The notes below the pieces were generated by a model. It was not told the DNA's origin. It ran no database searches and saw only the letters and a list, made by a program, of their open reading frames with translations. A stretch of DNA of 64,000 nt from Saprospiraceae bacterium. Lineage in GTDB: Bacteria > Bacteroidota > Bacteroidia > Chitinophagales > Saprospiraceae. Shown in pieces: positions 17,593 to 27,926 of this stretch. The stretch is from positions 8,054-72,053 of the forward strand of contig JAEUUT010000213.1 in the NCBI GenBank assembly GCA_016787415.1, given 5' to 3'. Position 1 is the first letter of the stretch. Every line of letters begins with the position of its first letter. The position numbers and the translations under genes were made by a program.

Positions 17593-17707
17593 AGCGCATA
17601 ATGTTTTGTATGTGAAGCAGTTGTGTGCTTTGTGCAAATCTTTGTGCCCTTTGTGTTAAAAAAATTACATCCTTGGTGTTAAAAAAAGGGGGCAAAGCCT
17701 TGACTTT

Positions 17708-17728
17708 ACTAAACAGTGTTCAGTAAAT
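17708..17728. promoter_or_regulatory. Candidate TetR operator 1 (ACTAAACAGTGTTCAGTAAAT) overlapping the TAAATTTG -7 box
   Basis: Near-palindrome (20/23 over 17705-17727). It is 17/21 identical to 18557..18577. The -7-like box lies at 17724-17731, upstream of tetR. Confidence 0.4.
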
Positions 17729-17834
17729 TTGCACCGTTTATTACAATGTGCGTAGGCCATGTTGTTTTCATTTCGTTGATTATCAACAAAATAAACATTT
17801 CACGGCAAACAACCTCCGAATTTAAAAAGTAACT

Positions 17835-18446
17835 ATGAGCATATCAGACCGGAAAGAGCGGGAGAAAAAAGAGATGCGGCAGGCCATTCTGGACGCAGCA
17901 CTGAACCTGTTTCGGGAGAAAGGGTACGATGCGGTGAGCATTCGAAATATCGCCGAGGCCATCGAGTACAGCCCTGCAACGATTTACCTGTATTTCAAGG
18001 ACAAGAACGAGATATTTTTCGCCCTACAATTCGAGGCCGCCGCAGTCAAACGCGACCACCTCTTGCCCGTAGCGCAGATAGAAGACCCCTGGCAACGACT
18101 CATCGAGTTTGGTCGGCGCTACATCGACTTCGGGATGAAACATCCGGGCTTGTACGACCTGTTGTTTATCATCCGGGCGCCGATGGAATCCGTTGAAAAT
18201 CAAGAGTGTTGGTTGCTTGGATTGTCGGTTCACAAATTTTTTGAAGACACCGTTCAGGCCTGTATCGATGCACGGTATTTCAAAAGTACAGATGCCAAAA
18301 CGATTGCCTACACCCTGTGGTGTCATGCGCACGGACTGGTCTCTTTGTTCGTTCGCGACCGCATGCGCATGTATCCGCCGGAAGAACGCGAAGAACTGGC
18401 GCGCAAGTCGTTTGCCATGCTCCTGAAAATGGCCGAAACCCTGTAA
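17835..18446 (+). CDS. TetR/AcrR family transcriptional regulator
   Basis: N-terminal HTH ILDAALNLFREKGYDAVSIRNIAEAIEYSPATIYLYFKDK. Confidence 0.9.
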   Translation: MSISDRKEREKKEMRQAILDAALNLFREKGYDAVSIRNIAEAIEYSPATIYLYFKDKNEIFFALQFEAAAVKRDHLLPVAQIEDPWQRLIEFGRRYIDFGMKHPGLYDLLFIIRAPMESVENQECWLLGLSVHKFFEDTVQACIDARYFKSTDAKTIAYTLWCHAHGLVSLFVRDRMRMYPPEEREELARKSFAMLLKMAETL

Positions 18447-18556
18447 ACCAGGGTATACAACTCGTAGAGTCAATCTGACAATTCAACCCTGAAAATCAAC
18501 CGTTCAGCGGTTTTTAGTTGAGCAACCTTTTTTGGTTGCATTTTTTTGCACCATCA

Positions 18557-18577
18557 AGTAAACACTGTTCAGTTTAT
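18557..18577. promoter_or_regulatory. Candidate TetR operator 2 (AGTAAACACTGTTCAGTTTAT), 20 nt upstream of the TolC-like start
   Basis: Shares the core TAAACA(G/C)TGTTCAGT with 17708..17728. Confidence 0.4.
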
Positions 18578-18596
18578 TAAAACTGTTTTTACCATA

Positions 18597-19958
18597 ATGA
18601 AAAAAGTAATCATTCCTTTTGCATCGCTGCTTCTAAGTGTTTGCCTGTCAAACACTTACGCACAAAATTCGGCTATTCTTGAATCCTATGTGCAGACAGG
18701 TATCAGCAGCAACCTGGCCCTGCAGCAGCAGAATGCCGATTTGCGCAAAGCACAGGAAAGCATCCGGCAGGCCAAATCGCTGTTTATGCCGCGCCTGACG
18801 TTTGAAGCCAACTACACCGTTGCAGCCGGTGGCCGAAAAATTGATTTCCCGATTGGCGACCTGCTCAACCCGGTTTACAGCACCCTCAACCAGATCACCC
18901 AGACCAACCAGTTTCCCACGCTGGAGAACCAGCAGATTCAGTTTTTGCCCAATAATTTCCACGAAACCAAGGTCAGTTTTGCGTTTCCAATCTACAATTC
19001 GGATTTGCGCTACAACCGCGACATTCAGCAGCAACTGTTTCAGTCGAAGGCTGCTCAAAAGGCCGCATACGAACACGAATTGCGCTACCAGATTACGGAG
19101 ACCTACCTGAACTACCTCCAGGCAATGGAAGGCGAAAAAATCTGGCAAAACACCAAAACCGTGTTGCAGGAACTGCGCCGTTTCAACGAATCGCTGGTAA
19201 AAAACAACGTGGCCACCCGTGATGTCACCGCCACTGCCGATTACGAACTCAGCAAAGCCGACCTGGAAATCATTCAACTCCGCAAGTCGCAAAACGACGC
19301 CAAGGCCTACCTTAACTTCCTGATGAACAGGGACTTGGGTGTTGACATTCTGGCTGATACGCTGCTACTCCAATCGGAAGTTTTGGCTTACGAGCCTGCC
19401 GGCCTGATTAGCCAGGCGATGGAAAAACGCGCCGAATTCGCTGCTTTGCGCGCCGGCATGCAGGCCGCCGAACTGGATGTGCGCCGCAACGACGCCAACT
19501 CCAAAATACCCGATTTTTACCTCGGCGGCAGCGTCGGTTTTCAGGGTTTCGGGTACAAATTCAACAAAGAGCAGGCATACGCGCTGGCACAGGTAGGCCT
19601 CACCTACGACCTGTTCGACGGCGGACAGCGTAAGAGCAAGACCCAGGAAGCCCGCATTGAATCGGAAAAAATGCACACGCAGTATCAACAGGTGCAACAA
19701 CAGGTCGCCCTGCAAATCACCACTGCCTGGAACGACCTGGAGAGCGCCCGCAACGCGCATCAAACAGCACAAATGGGACTGCGCGCAGCCGAAGAAACGT
19801 TCCGGATTGTGCAGAATAAATACCGCGCCAGCCAGGTATTGCTCATCGAGTTTCTGGAAGCGCAGAACCGCGTCACCGTTGCCCGCCTGCAAAATGTGCT
19901 GGCTTGGAGCAATGTGCTGTTGAAAGAATCCGCATTAAAGCAAGCAGCAGGTTTGTAA
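18597..19958 (+). CDS. TolC family outer-membrane efflux protein
   Basis: The Met at 18597 gives the signal MKKVIIPFASLLLSVCLSNTYAQ. Two OEP repeats are present. It sits in an operon with the MFP and RND genes. Confidence 0.85.
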   Translation: MKKVIIPFASLLLSVCLSNTYAQNSAILESYVQTGISSNLALQQQNADLRKAQESIRQAKSLFMPRLTFEANYTVAAGGRKIDFPIGDLLNPVYSTLNQITQTNQFPTLENQQIQFLPNNFHETKVSFAFPIYNSDLRYNRDIQQQLFQSKAAQKAAYEHELRYQITETYLNYLQAMEGEKIWQNTKTVLQELRRFNESLVKNNVATRDVTATADYELSKADLEIIQLRKSQNDAKAYLNFLMNRDLGVDILADTLLLQSEVLAYEPAGLISQAMEKRAEFAALRAGMQAAELDVRRNDANSKIPDFYLGGSVGFQGFGYKFNKEQAYALAQVGLTYDLFDGGQRKSKTQEARIESEKMHTQYQQVQQQVALQITTAWNDLESARNAHQTAQMGLRAAEETFRIVQNKYRASQVLLIEFLEAQNRVTVARLQNVLAWSNVLLKESALKQAAGL

Positions 19959-20045
19959 AGAACTGTATTTCAAATAAATAGAAACATTTCCCACAAGATT
20001 TCGTCCCTCTGCAAAAGGGCCGGATCACCATCAACTTTTCCACAT

Positions 20046-21134
20046 ATGAAACGTTCCCTCCAACTCGATACCCTCGCCATGCCGGTTCTGGTGGCCGCAG
20101 CGCTGATCGGCCTGTTTGTCCTCCTGGGCGGTTGCGGCGAAAAAAACAAAGCGGCCGCTCCTGCCGCCGCCACTACTGAAGAAGAATACATTCCCGTTCG
20201 TACGGTCGATGTGCAGCAACGCAATATTTCCCTGCCGATTCACGCCAGCGGCATCCTGAGTTCTTCCGCAGAACAGCGCCTCTCGTTCAAAATCGGCGGC
20301 GTGATCCGCAAAATTTACGTCGACGAAGGCGATGTGGTACGTGCCGGTCAACTGTTGGCCATCCTCGACAAAACCGAAATCGACGCACAGGTAGCGCAAG
20401 CACAGCAAGGATTGGCAAAAGCCGAGCGCGATTTGCAGCGCGTGCAAGGCCTTTATGATGACAGTAGTGCCACGCTCGAACTCCTGCAAAATGCGACCAC
20501 CGGCCGCGATATTGCCAAAGAAACGGCGCGCATTGCACAGTTCAACCAGCAATACGCCGAAATTCGCGCTACCCGTGGTGGAAAAATCATCAAAAAACTG
20601 ATGAATGAAGGGGAAATCACCGGCCCTGGCACTCCGGTCTTCGTTTTGTTTGAAACTGGCAAGGACGACTGGGTGGTAAAAATCAACGTCAGCGACCGCG
20701 ACTGGGCACGCCTGAGCCTCGGTATGCCTGCCAAAGTAAGCATGGATGCCTATGAAAACACCACGTTTCAAGGCAAGGTGACCGACCTGGCGCCTGCCGC
20801 CGACCCGGCCAGCGGACTGTACACAGTCGAGGTGCGTATCGCGCCGCAAGGCAAACGTTTTGCCCCGGGGCTCTTTGCTCAGGTTGATGTTACCCCTTCA
20901 CAATCAAGGGCTTATACCACTGTTCCTATCGAGTCGATTGTGGAAGGCAACGGCAAGAGCGCATTCGTTTTTGCCTTGCAGCCCGATGGCGTCACCGTGC
21001 GCAAAGTCCCCGTACAGATCGCATTTATCGAAGGAAAAGAAGTGGTGATTGCCGGTGGCCTCGAACAAGTAAAAGAGGTAGTTACAGCCGGCGCTCCATA
21101 TTTGACGGAAAAGAAAAAAGTGAAAAAAATCTAA
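20046..21134 (+). CDS. efflux RND transporter periplasmic adaptor (MFP/HlyD family)
   Basis: Lipobox LLGGCG, the lipoyl-like VDEGDVVRAGQLLAILD, and the beta-barrel MPAKVSMDAY. Confidence 0.9.
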   Translation: MKRSLQLDTLAMPVLVAAALIGLFVLLGGCGEKNKAAAPAAATTEEEYIPVRTVDVQQRNISLPIHASGILSSSAEQRLSFKIGGVIRKIYVDEGDVVRAGQLLAILDKTEIDAQVAQAQQGLAKAERDLQRVQGLYDDSSATLELLQNATTGRDIAKETARIAQFNQQYAEIRATRGGKIIKKLMNEGEITGPGTPVFVLFETGKDDWVVKINVSDRDWARLSLGMPAKVSMDAYENTTFQGKVTDLAPAADPASGLYTVEVRIAPQGKRFAPGLFAQVDVTPSQSRAYTTVPIESIVEGNGKSAFVFALQPDGVTVRKVPVQIAFIEGKEVVIAGGLEQVKEVVTAGAPYLTEKKKVKKI

Positions 21135-21144
21135 ACCCCGCTCT

Positions 21145-24100
21145 ATGAAAATCGCTGAATTTTCCGTCAAGAACAGCCAGTTCACCTTCATCATTTTTTG
21201 TTTTGTGATGGCGTTGGGCGCCAGTTCGCTGTTCAATATGCCGCGTGCTGAAGACCCCAAATTTGCACCTCCAGGCTACAACGTAGTCATTGTGTACCCG
21301 GGCGCAGGCCCCGCCGAAATTGAAAACAAGATTACCGACAAACTCGAAACACGCCTCGGTTCGCTGGAAAACATCGACCGTATGCGCTCCATATCGTCCA
21401 ACGGCTTTATGCTGCTGACCATGGAATTCAAACACGGTCAGGATGCCGATAAAAAGTACGAAGAAGTGGTGCGCGAGGTCAATGCCCTGCGCCCCGAACT
21501 GCCTTCGGACATTTACCGCATCAACATCCAGCGCTTTTCCTCTTCCGATGTAGCCATTTTGCAAGGCAGCCTCGTAAGCGAAAACGCCTCCTATGCCGAA
21601 ATGCGCGTAGAAGCGGAAAAACTGGAGGAGGAACTGGAAAAACTGCCGGGCATCAAAGCAGCCGACACCTGGGGATACCCTAAACGCGAGGTGCGTATCA
21701 GTCTCAACCTTCCCAAGATGGCGGCGGAAGGACTGCCTGTCAGCCGCGTGTTGGGCGCCCTGCAAAGCGAAAACGTTTCCATCCCCGGCGGCGCTATCGA
21801 CGCCGGCGACCGGAAGTTTTTTGTAGAAACCAGCGGCGACTACGAAAGCCTCGACGAGGTGCGCAATACGGTGGTGAATGGCAACAATGGCAAAATTCTT
21901 TACCTGAAAGATGTGGCAGAAATAGAGTGGGCGTACGAAGAGCCGCGTTATCTGGCACGTATCAATGGCACCCGCTGTGTATGGATTACCGCGCGTATGA
22001 AAGACGAGCAAAACATCTCCGTCGTGGGCCAACAGGTGAATGACGTGGTGAAAGAATGGCGCGGCGAACTGCCTGCTACGATGGATTATGTGAAGGTTTT
22101 TGACCAAAATGACTCCGTCCAGAAGCGCCTTACCCGTTTTGCCAAAGATTTCGGTATTGCCATCCTGCTGGTGCTGCTCACACTGTTGCCCTTGGGCTGG
22201 CGCGCTTCGATGGTGGTGATGATTTCCATTCCGCTGAGCATTGCCATTGGCCTGTTTGCGCTCGATCAGATGGGATATTCGCTGAATCAGTTGAGTATAG
22301 TTGGCCTCATCATTGCCCTGGGCATTCTGGTCGACGACTCGATTGTGGTGGTGGAAAACATAGAACGCTGGTTACGAGACGGTTACAAACGACGAGAGGC
22401 GGCTATTCTGGCTACCAAACAAATCGGTCTGGCGGTGCTGGGCTGCACGGCTACGCTGGTACTGGCATTCCTGCCGCTGGTGTTCCTGCCTGAAGCCTCC
22501 GGCGATTTTATCCGCTCGCTGCCTATGGCCGTAGTGCTTACGGTGCTGGCGTCCTTGTTTGTGTCGCTCACTATCGTGCCATTTTTGGGAAGTCGTCTGC
22601 TCTCTGACCACCACAATCCGCAGGGAAACATGTTCCTGCGCGGGCTGAAATGGCTCATTTCGGGTACTTATGCCAAACTGCTGCACAAAGCGCTGGAATG
22701 GCCCAAAACCACGCTGGTAGTTTCCGCAGCCATCTTCTTTGGCGTGGTGGCATTGGCTGGTAAAGCGGGTTTCGCGCTGTTTCCGGCATCCGAACGGCCC
22801 ATGCTGTACATCGACGTGGAAGCAGCGGCCGGTTCGAGCCTTGATCAAACGAACCGGCTCGTGCAAGTCGTTGATTCTGTGTTGAATGAATACGTTACGC
22901 CGGAATTCCGCAACCAGCATTTGTTGCCCGACTCTATCCATCCCGAATCCATATATTCGGGTGGAAAAGCGCAGGTAACCTGGTATTCCAGCAATGTAGG
23001 GCATGGCAATCCCCGGGTGTATTACAACGTCATCCGCGAAACGGAAAGTCCCGATTACGGCCAGGTATTTGTACAATTGCAGGAACGGACGCCGCCAAAA
23101 GTAAAAGTGGCATTCATCGACGAACTGCGCGAAAAATTCAAGGACATACCCGGCGCGCGCATCAACGTACAGAACTTCGAACAAGGCCCGCCGGTGGATG
23201 CGCCCATTGCCATCCGGGTGTATGGCGACAACCTCGACACGTTGCGTCAGGTGGCTGTGCAGGTGGAAAATATCATTGCTTCCACAGAGGGTACGATTTA
23301 TGTGGACAATCCAATTTCCACGATTAAAACGGACCTTTTCGTACGCATCAACAAGGACAAGGCGGCTACCATGGGCATTCCCATCGTCGAAATCGACCGC
23401 ATGGTGCGCTTAGCCATCGCTGGATTGAATATGGGCAGTTTTACGGCCAAAGAAGACGGCGAGGAATACAACATGGCGGTGACTTTGCCCAAACGCTCGA
23501 CTTTTGCCAGCCTGGATGCATTTAAAAACCTGTATATCAACAACGTACTGGGCACGGCCGTGCCGCTGAGCCAGGTAGCAGAGGTGGAATTCAAACCTTC
23601 TCCGAATTATATTCAGCACTACGACAAGGATCGTTTTACCGGCGTCACAGCATCCGTAAAAACAGGATACCTGCCCTCGCAGGTGAATGCCAAGGTGAAA
23701 GAAAAACTGGCTGCCATGAAATTCCCCAAAGGCGTACATTATGTAGTGGCCGGTGAGGAAGAAAGCGCCAAACGCTCGTTCAGCGGCTTGGGTACCATCA
23801 TTCTCATCACCATTTTCGGGCTGCTGGCGGTGCTGGTGCTGGAATTCAAAACCTTCCGCAGCACTATCATTGTGTTGTCGGTGATTCCGCTGGGTATCAT
23901 TGGGGCCGTGCTGATTCTGATGGCAACGGGGTATCCGTTTTCCTTTACCGTGGTAGTGGGCTTGATTGCACTCATGGGCATCGAGGTGAAAAACTCAATC
24001 CTATTGGTGGATTTTACCAATCAGTTGCGGGTGGAAGGGCGAAGTTTGAACGACGCTATTCAGGAAGCGGGCGAGATTCGTTTTGTACCCATTTTGCTGA

Positions 24101-24261
24101 CTTCCATGACGGCGATCGGGGGTTTGCTGCCTATTGCCGTGGAAGAAAACCCTTTGTATTCTCCGCTGGCGTATGTGTTGATTGGGGGACTGATTTCGTC
24201 TACGCTGCTGTCGCGGATTGTGACGCCGGTGATGTATAAGGTGCTGGCGCCGAAGGTGTGA
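21145..24261 (+). CDS. efflux RND transporter permease (AcrB/HAE family)
   Basis: 1038 aa with 12-TM architecture. GILVDDSIVVVENIERW, and a second-half repeat ALMGIEVKNSILLVDF. Confidence 0.95.
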   Translation: MKIAEFSVKNSQFTFIIFCFVMALGASSLFNMPRAEDPKFAPPGYNVVIVYPGAGPAEIENKITDKLETRLGSLENIDRMRSISSNGFMLLTMEFKHGQDADKKYEEVVREVNALRPELPSDIYRINIQRFSSSDVAILQGSLVSENASYAEMRVEAEKLEEELEKLPGIKAADTWGYPKREVRISLNLPKMAAEGLPVSRVLGALQSENVSIPGGAIDAGDRKFFVETSGDYESLDEVRNTVVNGNNGKILYLKDVAEIEWAYEEPRYLARINGTRCVWITARMKDEQNISVVGQQVNDVVKEWRGELPATMDYVKVFDQNDSVQKRLTRFAKDFGIAILLVLLTLLPLGWRASMVVMISIPLSIAIGLFALDQMGYSLNQLSIVGLIIALGILVDDSIVVVENIERWLRDGYKRREAAILATKQIGLAVLGCTATLVLAFLPLVFLPEASGDFIRSLPMAVVLTVLASLFVSLTIVPFLGSRLLSDHHNPQGNMFLRGLKWLISGTYAKLLHKALEWPKTTLVVSAAIFFGVVALAGKAGFALFPASERPMLYIDVEAAAGSSLDQTNRLVQVVDSVLNEYVTPEFRNQHLLPDSIHPESIYSGGKAQVTWYSSNVGHGNPRVYYNVIRETESPDYGQVFVQLQERTPPKVKVAFIDELREKFKDIPGARINVQNFEQGPPVDAPIAIRVYGDNLDTLRQVAVQVENIIASTEGTIYVDNPISTIKTDLFVRINKDKAATMGIPIVEIDRMVRLAIAGLNMGSFTAKEDGEEYNMAVTLPKRSTFASLDAFKNLYINNVLGTAVPLSQVAEVEFKPSPNYIQHYDKDRFTGVTASVKTGYLPSQVNAKVKEKLAAMKFPKGVHYVVAGEEESAKRSFSGLGTIILITIFGLLAVLVLEFKTFRSTIIVLSVIPLGIIGAVLILMATGYPFSFTVVVGLIALMGIEVKNSILLVDFTNQLRVEGRSLNDAIQEAGEIRFVPILLTSMTAIGGLLPIAVEENPLYSPLAYVLIGGLISSTLLSRIVTPVMYKVLAPKV

Positions 24262-24264
24262 GGT

Positions 24265-24358
24265 GGTGTTCGATATTCGGTGTTCGGTGTTCGATATTTT
24301 CTAAACACCGAATATCGAACACCGAACATCGAATATCGAACACTAAACACCGAACGCC
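24265..24358. terminator. Inverted array of heptamers (GGTGTTC/GATATTC)n ... (GAATATC/GAACACC)n forming an imperfect hairpin of about 34 bp right after the RND stop
   Basis: The left arm GGTGTTCGATATTCGGTGTTCGGTGTTCGATATT pairs with AATATCGAACACCGAACATCGAATATCGAACACT (2 mismatches). The stop TGA is at 24259-61. Confidence 0.6.
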
Positions 24359-24528
24359 GACGCTTGGCATATTATGACCAATTCAGGCCGCTAAAAAATA
24401 AAACTTGCTTAGGAAAGAATATTTACTTATTTTAGTGTTCTCAAATGCTTATTCCCGCAATATTCAACTGATTAAGAGCGGCTTTTTTTAATACGTAATT
24501 CATTTTTTCACAATACGCAATTTCATTT

Positions 24529-27500
24529 ATGCAAACCACACTTTCATCGAGTGTTTTGGTTTCCAGTACCTGGCAAACTAAAACACCGCACGCTGTTTCA
24601 AAAATCATTGTTCGTACACTGATTTTTGTTCTTTTCTGGGCACAAGTAGCCCAATATTCATTTGCCCAGGAAGTCTGTGGCACCACGGGCGGCCCAGGCT
24701 CTATCGGGATGCTCAACATACCTTCCAATAGTTTTACTGCTAACAATCTTACGCCTGTGTATCTGCGTGTATACGTGCATGCAGTAGGCAAGGACGATGG
24801 CAGTGGAGCGCCTACGCTGGCCCAAATCAGGCAGTCGATGGAGATTCTCCGCGAAGACTTCAAGGAGCGTAATATCTTTTTTGTGCAAGTCTGTGGTGTT
24901 ATACCGATCAACAATACTGCTTTGTACAACGCGACTTATCCTGCTGCTCCCAACTGTATGCTGTCGCAATATTCCAACCATGTGGATGGCATCGATATCT
25001 TTATAGGCGGCGACAATGCTCCTGGACACAATGCAGCATCCGGCATTCCTGGAAAATCATTTATTGTGAAAGGAAGTTTATCTGGCGATGGCGGGCCGGA
25101 TAATTGTCCTGCTGATTTGCAGTGGGTATCATCCCGATCACATACTATTTCTCATGAAATGGGCCACTGTCTGGGGCTTTGGCATACACACCACGGCGTA
25201 GAATTGGATGGGGTAGACTGCAATGGGAACGTGGCAGACCCAACCGTATGTGAGGATTTAGTCGCAAACACAAATGATGATGTGTCGTGTGGTGATTATG
25301 TGTCGGACACCCCTCCCGATCCTAAACTATTCGCCTGCACACCTAATATTTATGAACATTGCGTATATGACCTTGGGGAAACCGATTCTCAACAAACACC
25401 TTTTGACCCTGATGAAACGCTGTTCATGTCCTATTCTCACAATAAATGTATGACCAAATTTTCAGATGGACAGGCAGATCGAATGCACACTATCATCCAG
25501 ACCATATCGCCCATATTACAAGCATGCATTATACCGGTTGATTTTACAGAAGTCAGCATAAATACAACTACTACGTGGACAACTTCCAACACGCCTCACA
25601 ACGGCGATATACGGATAGAAGGCGACCTGGTGGTTGAATCGGGTGCTACATTTACTGTTCAGTCTGGCGTTACACTGCATTTTGGCCCCGATAACAGCCT
25701 CATTATCAAGCCCAATGCAAAACTGGAACTGTATGGCACATTAAGTGGCAGAGGCTGCAATGGTTATACCTGGAAGGGTGTAAAAGTATATGGCAGTTCG
25801 TCCACACAATCGCAGTTCGCTGTCGGCGGTATTTATGCGCAAGGCCGACTGAAATGCCGACCCGGGTCGATGATCATCAATGCAGAAACCGGTATCCAAC
25901 TGTACGGCCCTTCTACCGAACAAACCGGCGGGCAGGTGACAAGCGACGGCGCAACAATAAAAAATTGTGCTACGGGTGTCGATATCAATCCTTATGAAAA
26001 TTTTTGGCCTTATCCGTCACCGCAACAGGGACAACCCAGGAAATATGCGGCTTCATTTTTTAGTACATCATTCCTGACAGATGATGCCTATCCTTTTTCC
26101 CTGAGCCCTACCATGGCAAGTTTGAAAGGAGTCAATGGCGTATTTTTTTCCGGCTGCGAATTCAGCAATACCAGAACCGGTATTCAAAGCGATGCCAATA
26201 CCAGTGACAAAGGCATTTATGCATTTGATGCAGGGTTCGATGTGATAGCACGAGGAGAAGGATCTACCTACCCCTATACCTCATATACGAGTTCTACATT
26301 TACCGGCCTGGGATACGGCATTTACACTACCCGGGGGAGTGTCAATCGGCCTTACACCGTAAGACAAGCCATTTTTGAAAATTGTGGCGTAGGCATCCGC
26401 AATGCGCGCGTGGCGGGCGGCACCATCCTGTTCAACACGTTTCTACTAGGCAGAATACCCTATGAATACATCCCCAACATAGACCCTGGCGACCCTGGAA
26501 CCACTATTGAAACGCCCAAACAATTCGGTATTGTATTCGAAAATGACATTGCCGGATTTACTTGTCAGGAAAATACATTTATGAATAAATATGGTTCGGA
26601 AGATGCACCGACGATTGGGACGTTTTGTAAGAATACGGGAAATTCAAACAAAATAATCCGAAGAAATACATATCAAAGCCTGAATTATGGCAACGTAGTG
26701 AATGAATCTAATGCCAGCCAAGTCGGAGATATTTCACGTGGCTTGTATTTTGATTGCAACGTCAACCAAAATGTATTAGAAAAAGATTTTTTTGTTTCCC
26801 AAGGTGGTGAAATCAAGGCTAAGCAAGGGTTGGAGGTTTCATCTCAGACAGGTATTGTGTATAACGCCGCAGGGAATCAGTTCTCGTATACAAATGTTGA
26901 TTTTTCAAACTTTGGGTCGCCATTGCAGTACTATTTCTATTTAAGCGGACAGAAAGAAGAACCTTTAGAAATAGAAGGTTTTATAAATAATATTTCTGCT
27001 GAAATTAATATCTGCCAAGAAAACTTTTGCGCTCCGCCATGTAAAACCAAACAAGAGTTATCATTCATTAAAGGTAGTTTCTTTGAAAAAAGATCGGCTT
27101 TGCAGGCAATAATAGCCAGCCAGTCACCTGCACTAACAGAAGCCCAATTGCGTAGCATGGCGTATTATCAACGTAAAATGGACGAAGATGCCTACACGAT
27201 CGTATTACATGCTATGTATGACACCACTGAATTCCATGCAGATACCTTGCTGTACTGGATTGGGCATCTGGGCAGCCTCGAAGGGGATTTATGGTTATCA
27301 GAAGAACGAGCAAGACAAGGTAACTATACTGCGGCACAGATCATACTCGATGAGGCAGATAGCAAATATGAACTGGATGATGAAAAGTCAGCCGATCTTG
27401 ATAATTACAAATCTATAGAAAGCCTGCTTGAAGGAAAATCTGTATTCCATCTGGATAAGTCTACCCGGAGTGATTTGGAAGGGTTTACTGGGTTCAAAGG

Positions 27501-27873
27501 TTTTACACAGGGGCGCCTCGAAAATATTTTAACTTTGTACGGTGCACATTTTCCTGTCACCTGTATACTGGAGCCTGCAGTGGAACAGCGTAGTAAAAAA
27601 TACATTGGCAGAAAGGCAAAAAATTGGGTGAGCACATATCCTAACCCGGCAAGAGATGTAGTTCAATTTTTATTCACCTCTCCTACAGATTTGGAAGATG
27701 TATCGCTCATTATTACCGATATGAATGCCCGGGTCATACAATGCGTCAGCAGCCTTTCAGTGCATGATGGGTATACATGGCAAAGCGGTGCTTGCCCCAG
27801 CGGTATGTATTTCTATCGTATTATTGTAAATGGAGTTATCGAACAAAGCGGAAAAATTGTGCTGGACAAGTAA
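24529..27873 (+). CDS. zinc metalloprotease (metzincin, M43/pappalysin-cytophagalysin-like) with T9SS type-A C-terminal sorting domain
   Basis: HEMGHCLGLWHTHH (HExxHxxGxxH) and the downstream DTPPDP. Signal peptide ...QYSFAQE. The C-terminal YPNPARDVVQFLF...GMYFYRIIVNG...KIVLDK is a typical Por/T9SS CTD. Confidence 0.8.
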   Translation: MQTTLSSSVLVSSTWQTKTPHAVSKIIVRTLIFVLFWAQVAQYSFAQEVCGTTGGPGSIGMLNIPSNSFTANNLTPVYLRVYVHAVGKDDGSGAPTLAQIRQSMEILREDFKERNIFFVQVCGVIPINNTALYNATYPAAPNCMLSQYSNHVDGIDIFIGGDNAPGHNAASGIPGKSFIVKGSLSGDGGPDNCPADLQWVSSRSHTISHEMGHCLGLWHTHHGVELDGVDCNGNVADPTVCEDLVANTNDDVSCGDYVSDTPPDPKLFACTPNIYEHCVYDLGETDSQQTPFDPDETLFMSYSHNKCMTKFSDGQADRMHTIIQTISPILQACIIPVDFTEVSINTTTTWTTSNTPHNGDIRIEGDLVVESGATFTVQSGVTLHFGPDNSLIIKPNAKLELYGTLSGRGCNGYTWKGVKVYGSSSTQSQFAVGGIYAQGRLKCRPGSMIINAETGIQLYGPSTEQTGGQVTSDGATIKNCATGVDINPYENFWPYPSPQQGQPRKYAASFFSTSFLTDDAYPFSLSPTMASLKGVNGVFFSGCEFSNTRTGIQSDANTSDKGIYAFDAGFDVIARGEGSTYPYTSYTSSTFTGLGYGIYTTRGSVNRPYTVRQAIFENCGVGIRNARVAGGTILFNTFLLGRIPYEYIPNIDPGDPGTTIETPKQFGIVFENDIAGFTCQENTFMNKYGSEDAPTIGTFCKNTGNSNKIIRRNTYQSLNYGNVVNESNASQVGDISRGLYFDCNVNQNVLEKDFFVSQGGEIKAKQGLEVSSQTGIVYNAAGNQFSYTNVDFSNFGSPLQYYFYLSGQKEEPLEIEGFINNISAEINICQENFCAPPCKTKQELSFIKGSFFEKRSALQAIIASQSPALTEAQLRSMAYYQRKMDEDAYTIVLHAMYDTTEFHADTLLYWIGHLGSLEGDLWLSEERARQGNYTAAQIILDEADSKYELDDEKSADLDNYKSIESLLEGKSVFHLDKSTRSDLEGFTGFKGFTQGRLENILTLYGAHFPVTCILEPAVEQRSKKYIGRKAKNWVSTYPNPARDVVQFLFTSPTDLEDVSLIITDMNARVIQCVSSLSVHDGYTWQSGACPSGMYFYRIIVNGVIEQSGKIVLDK

Positions 27874-27887
27874 ATTCACTTTATTTA

Positions 27888-27918
27888 CAGGGGGCAGTCC
27901 GCTGCCCCCTGTTTAATT
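27888..27918 (+). terminator. rho-independent terminator (CAGGGGGCAG-TCCG-CTGCCCCCTG + T-rich tail)
   Basis: Perfect 10-bp GC-rich stem, 4-nt loop, followed by TTTAATTT. It lies 15 nt after the metalloprotease stop. Confidence 0.65.
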
Positions 27919-27926
27919 TGCCATGT

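Noticed and set aside
18521-18548. Possible intrinsic terminator after tetR (GCAACC-TTTTTT-GGTTGC + T-run).
   Set aside because: The stem is only 6 bp with a T-rich loop, which is too weak to call. It also overlaps the presumed promoter region of the efflux operon.
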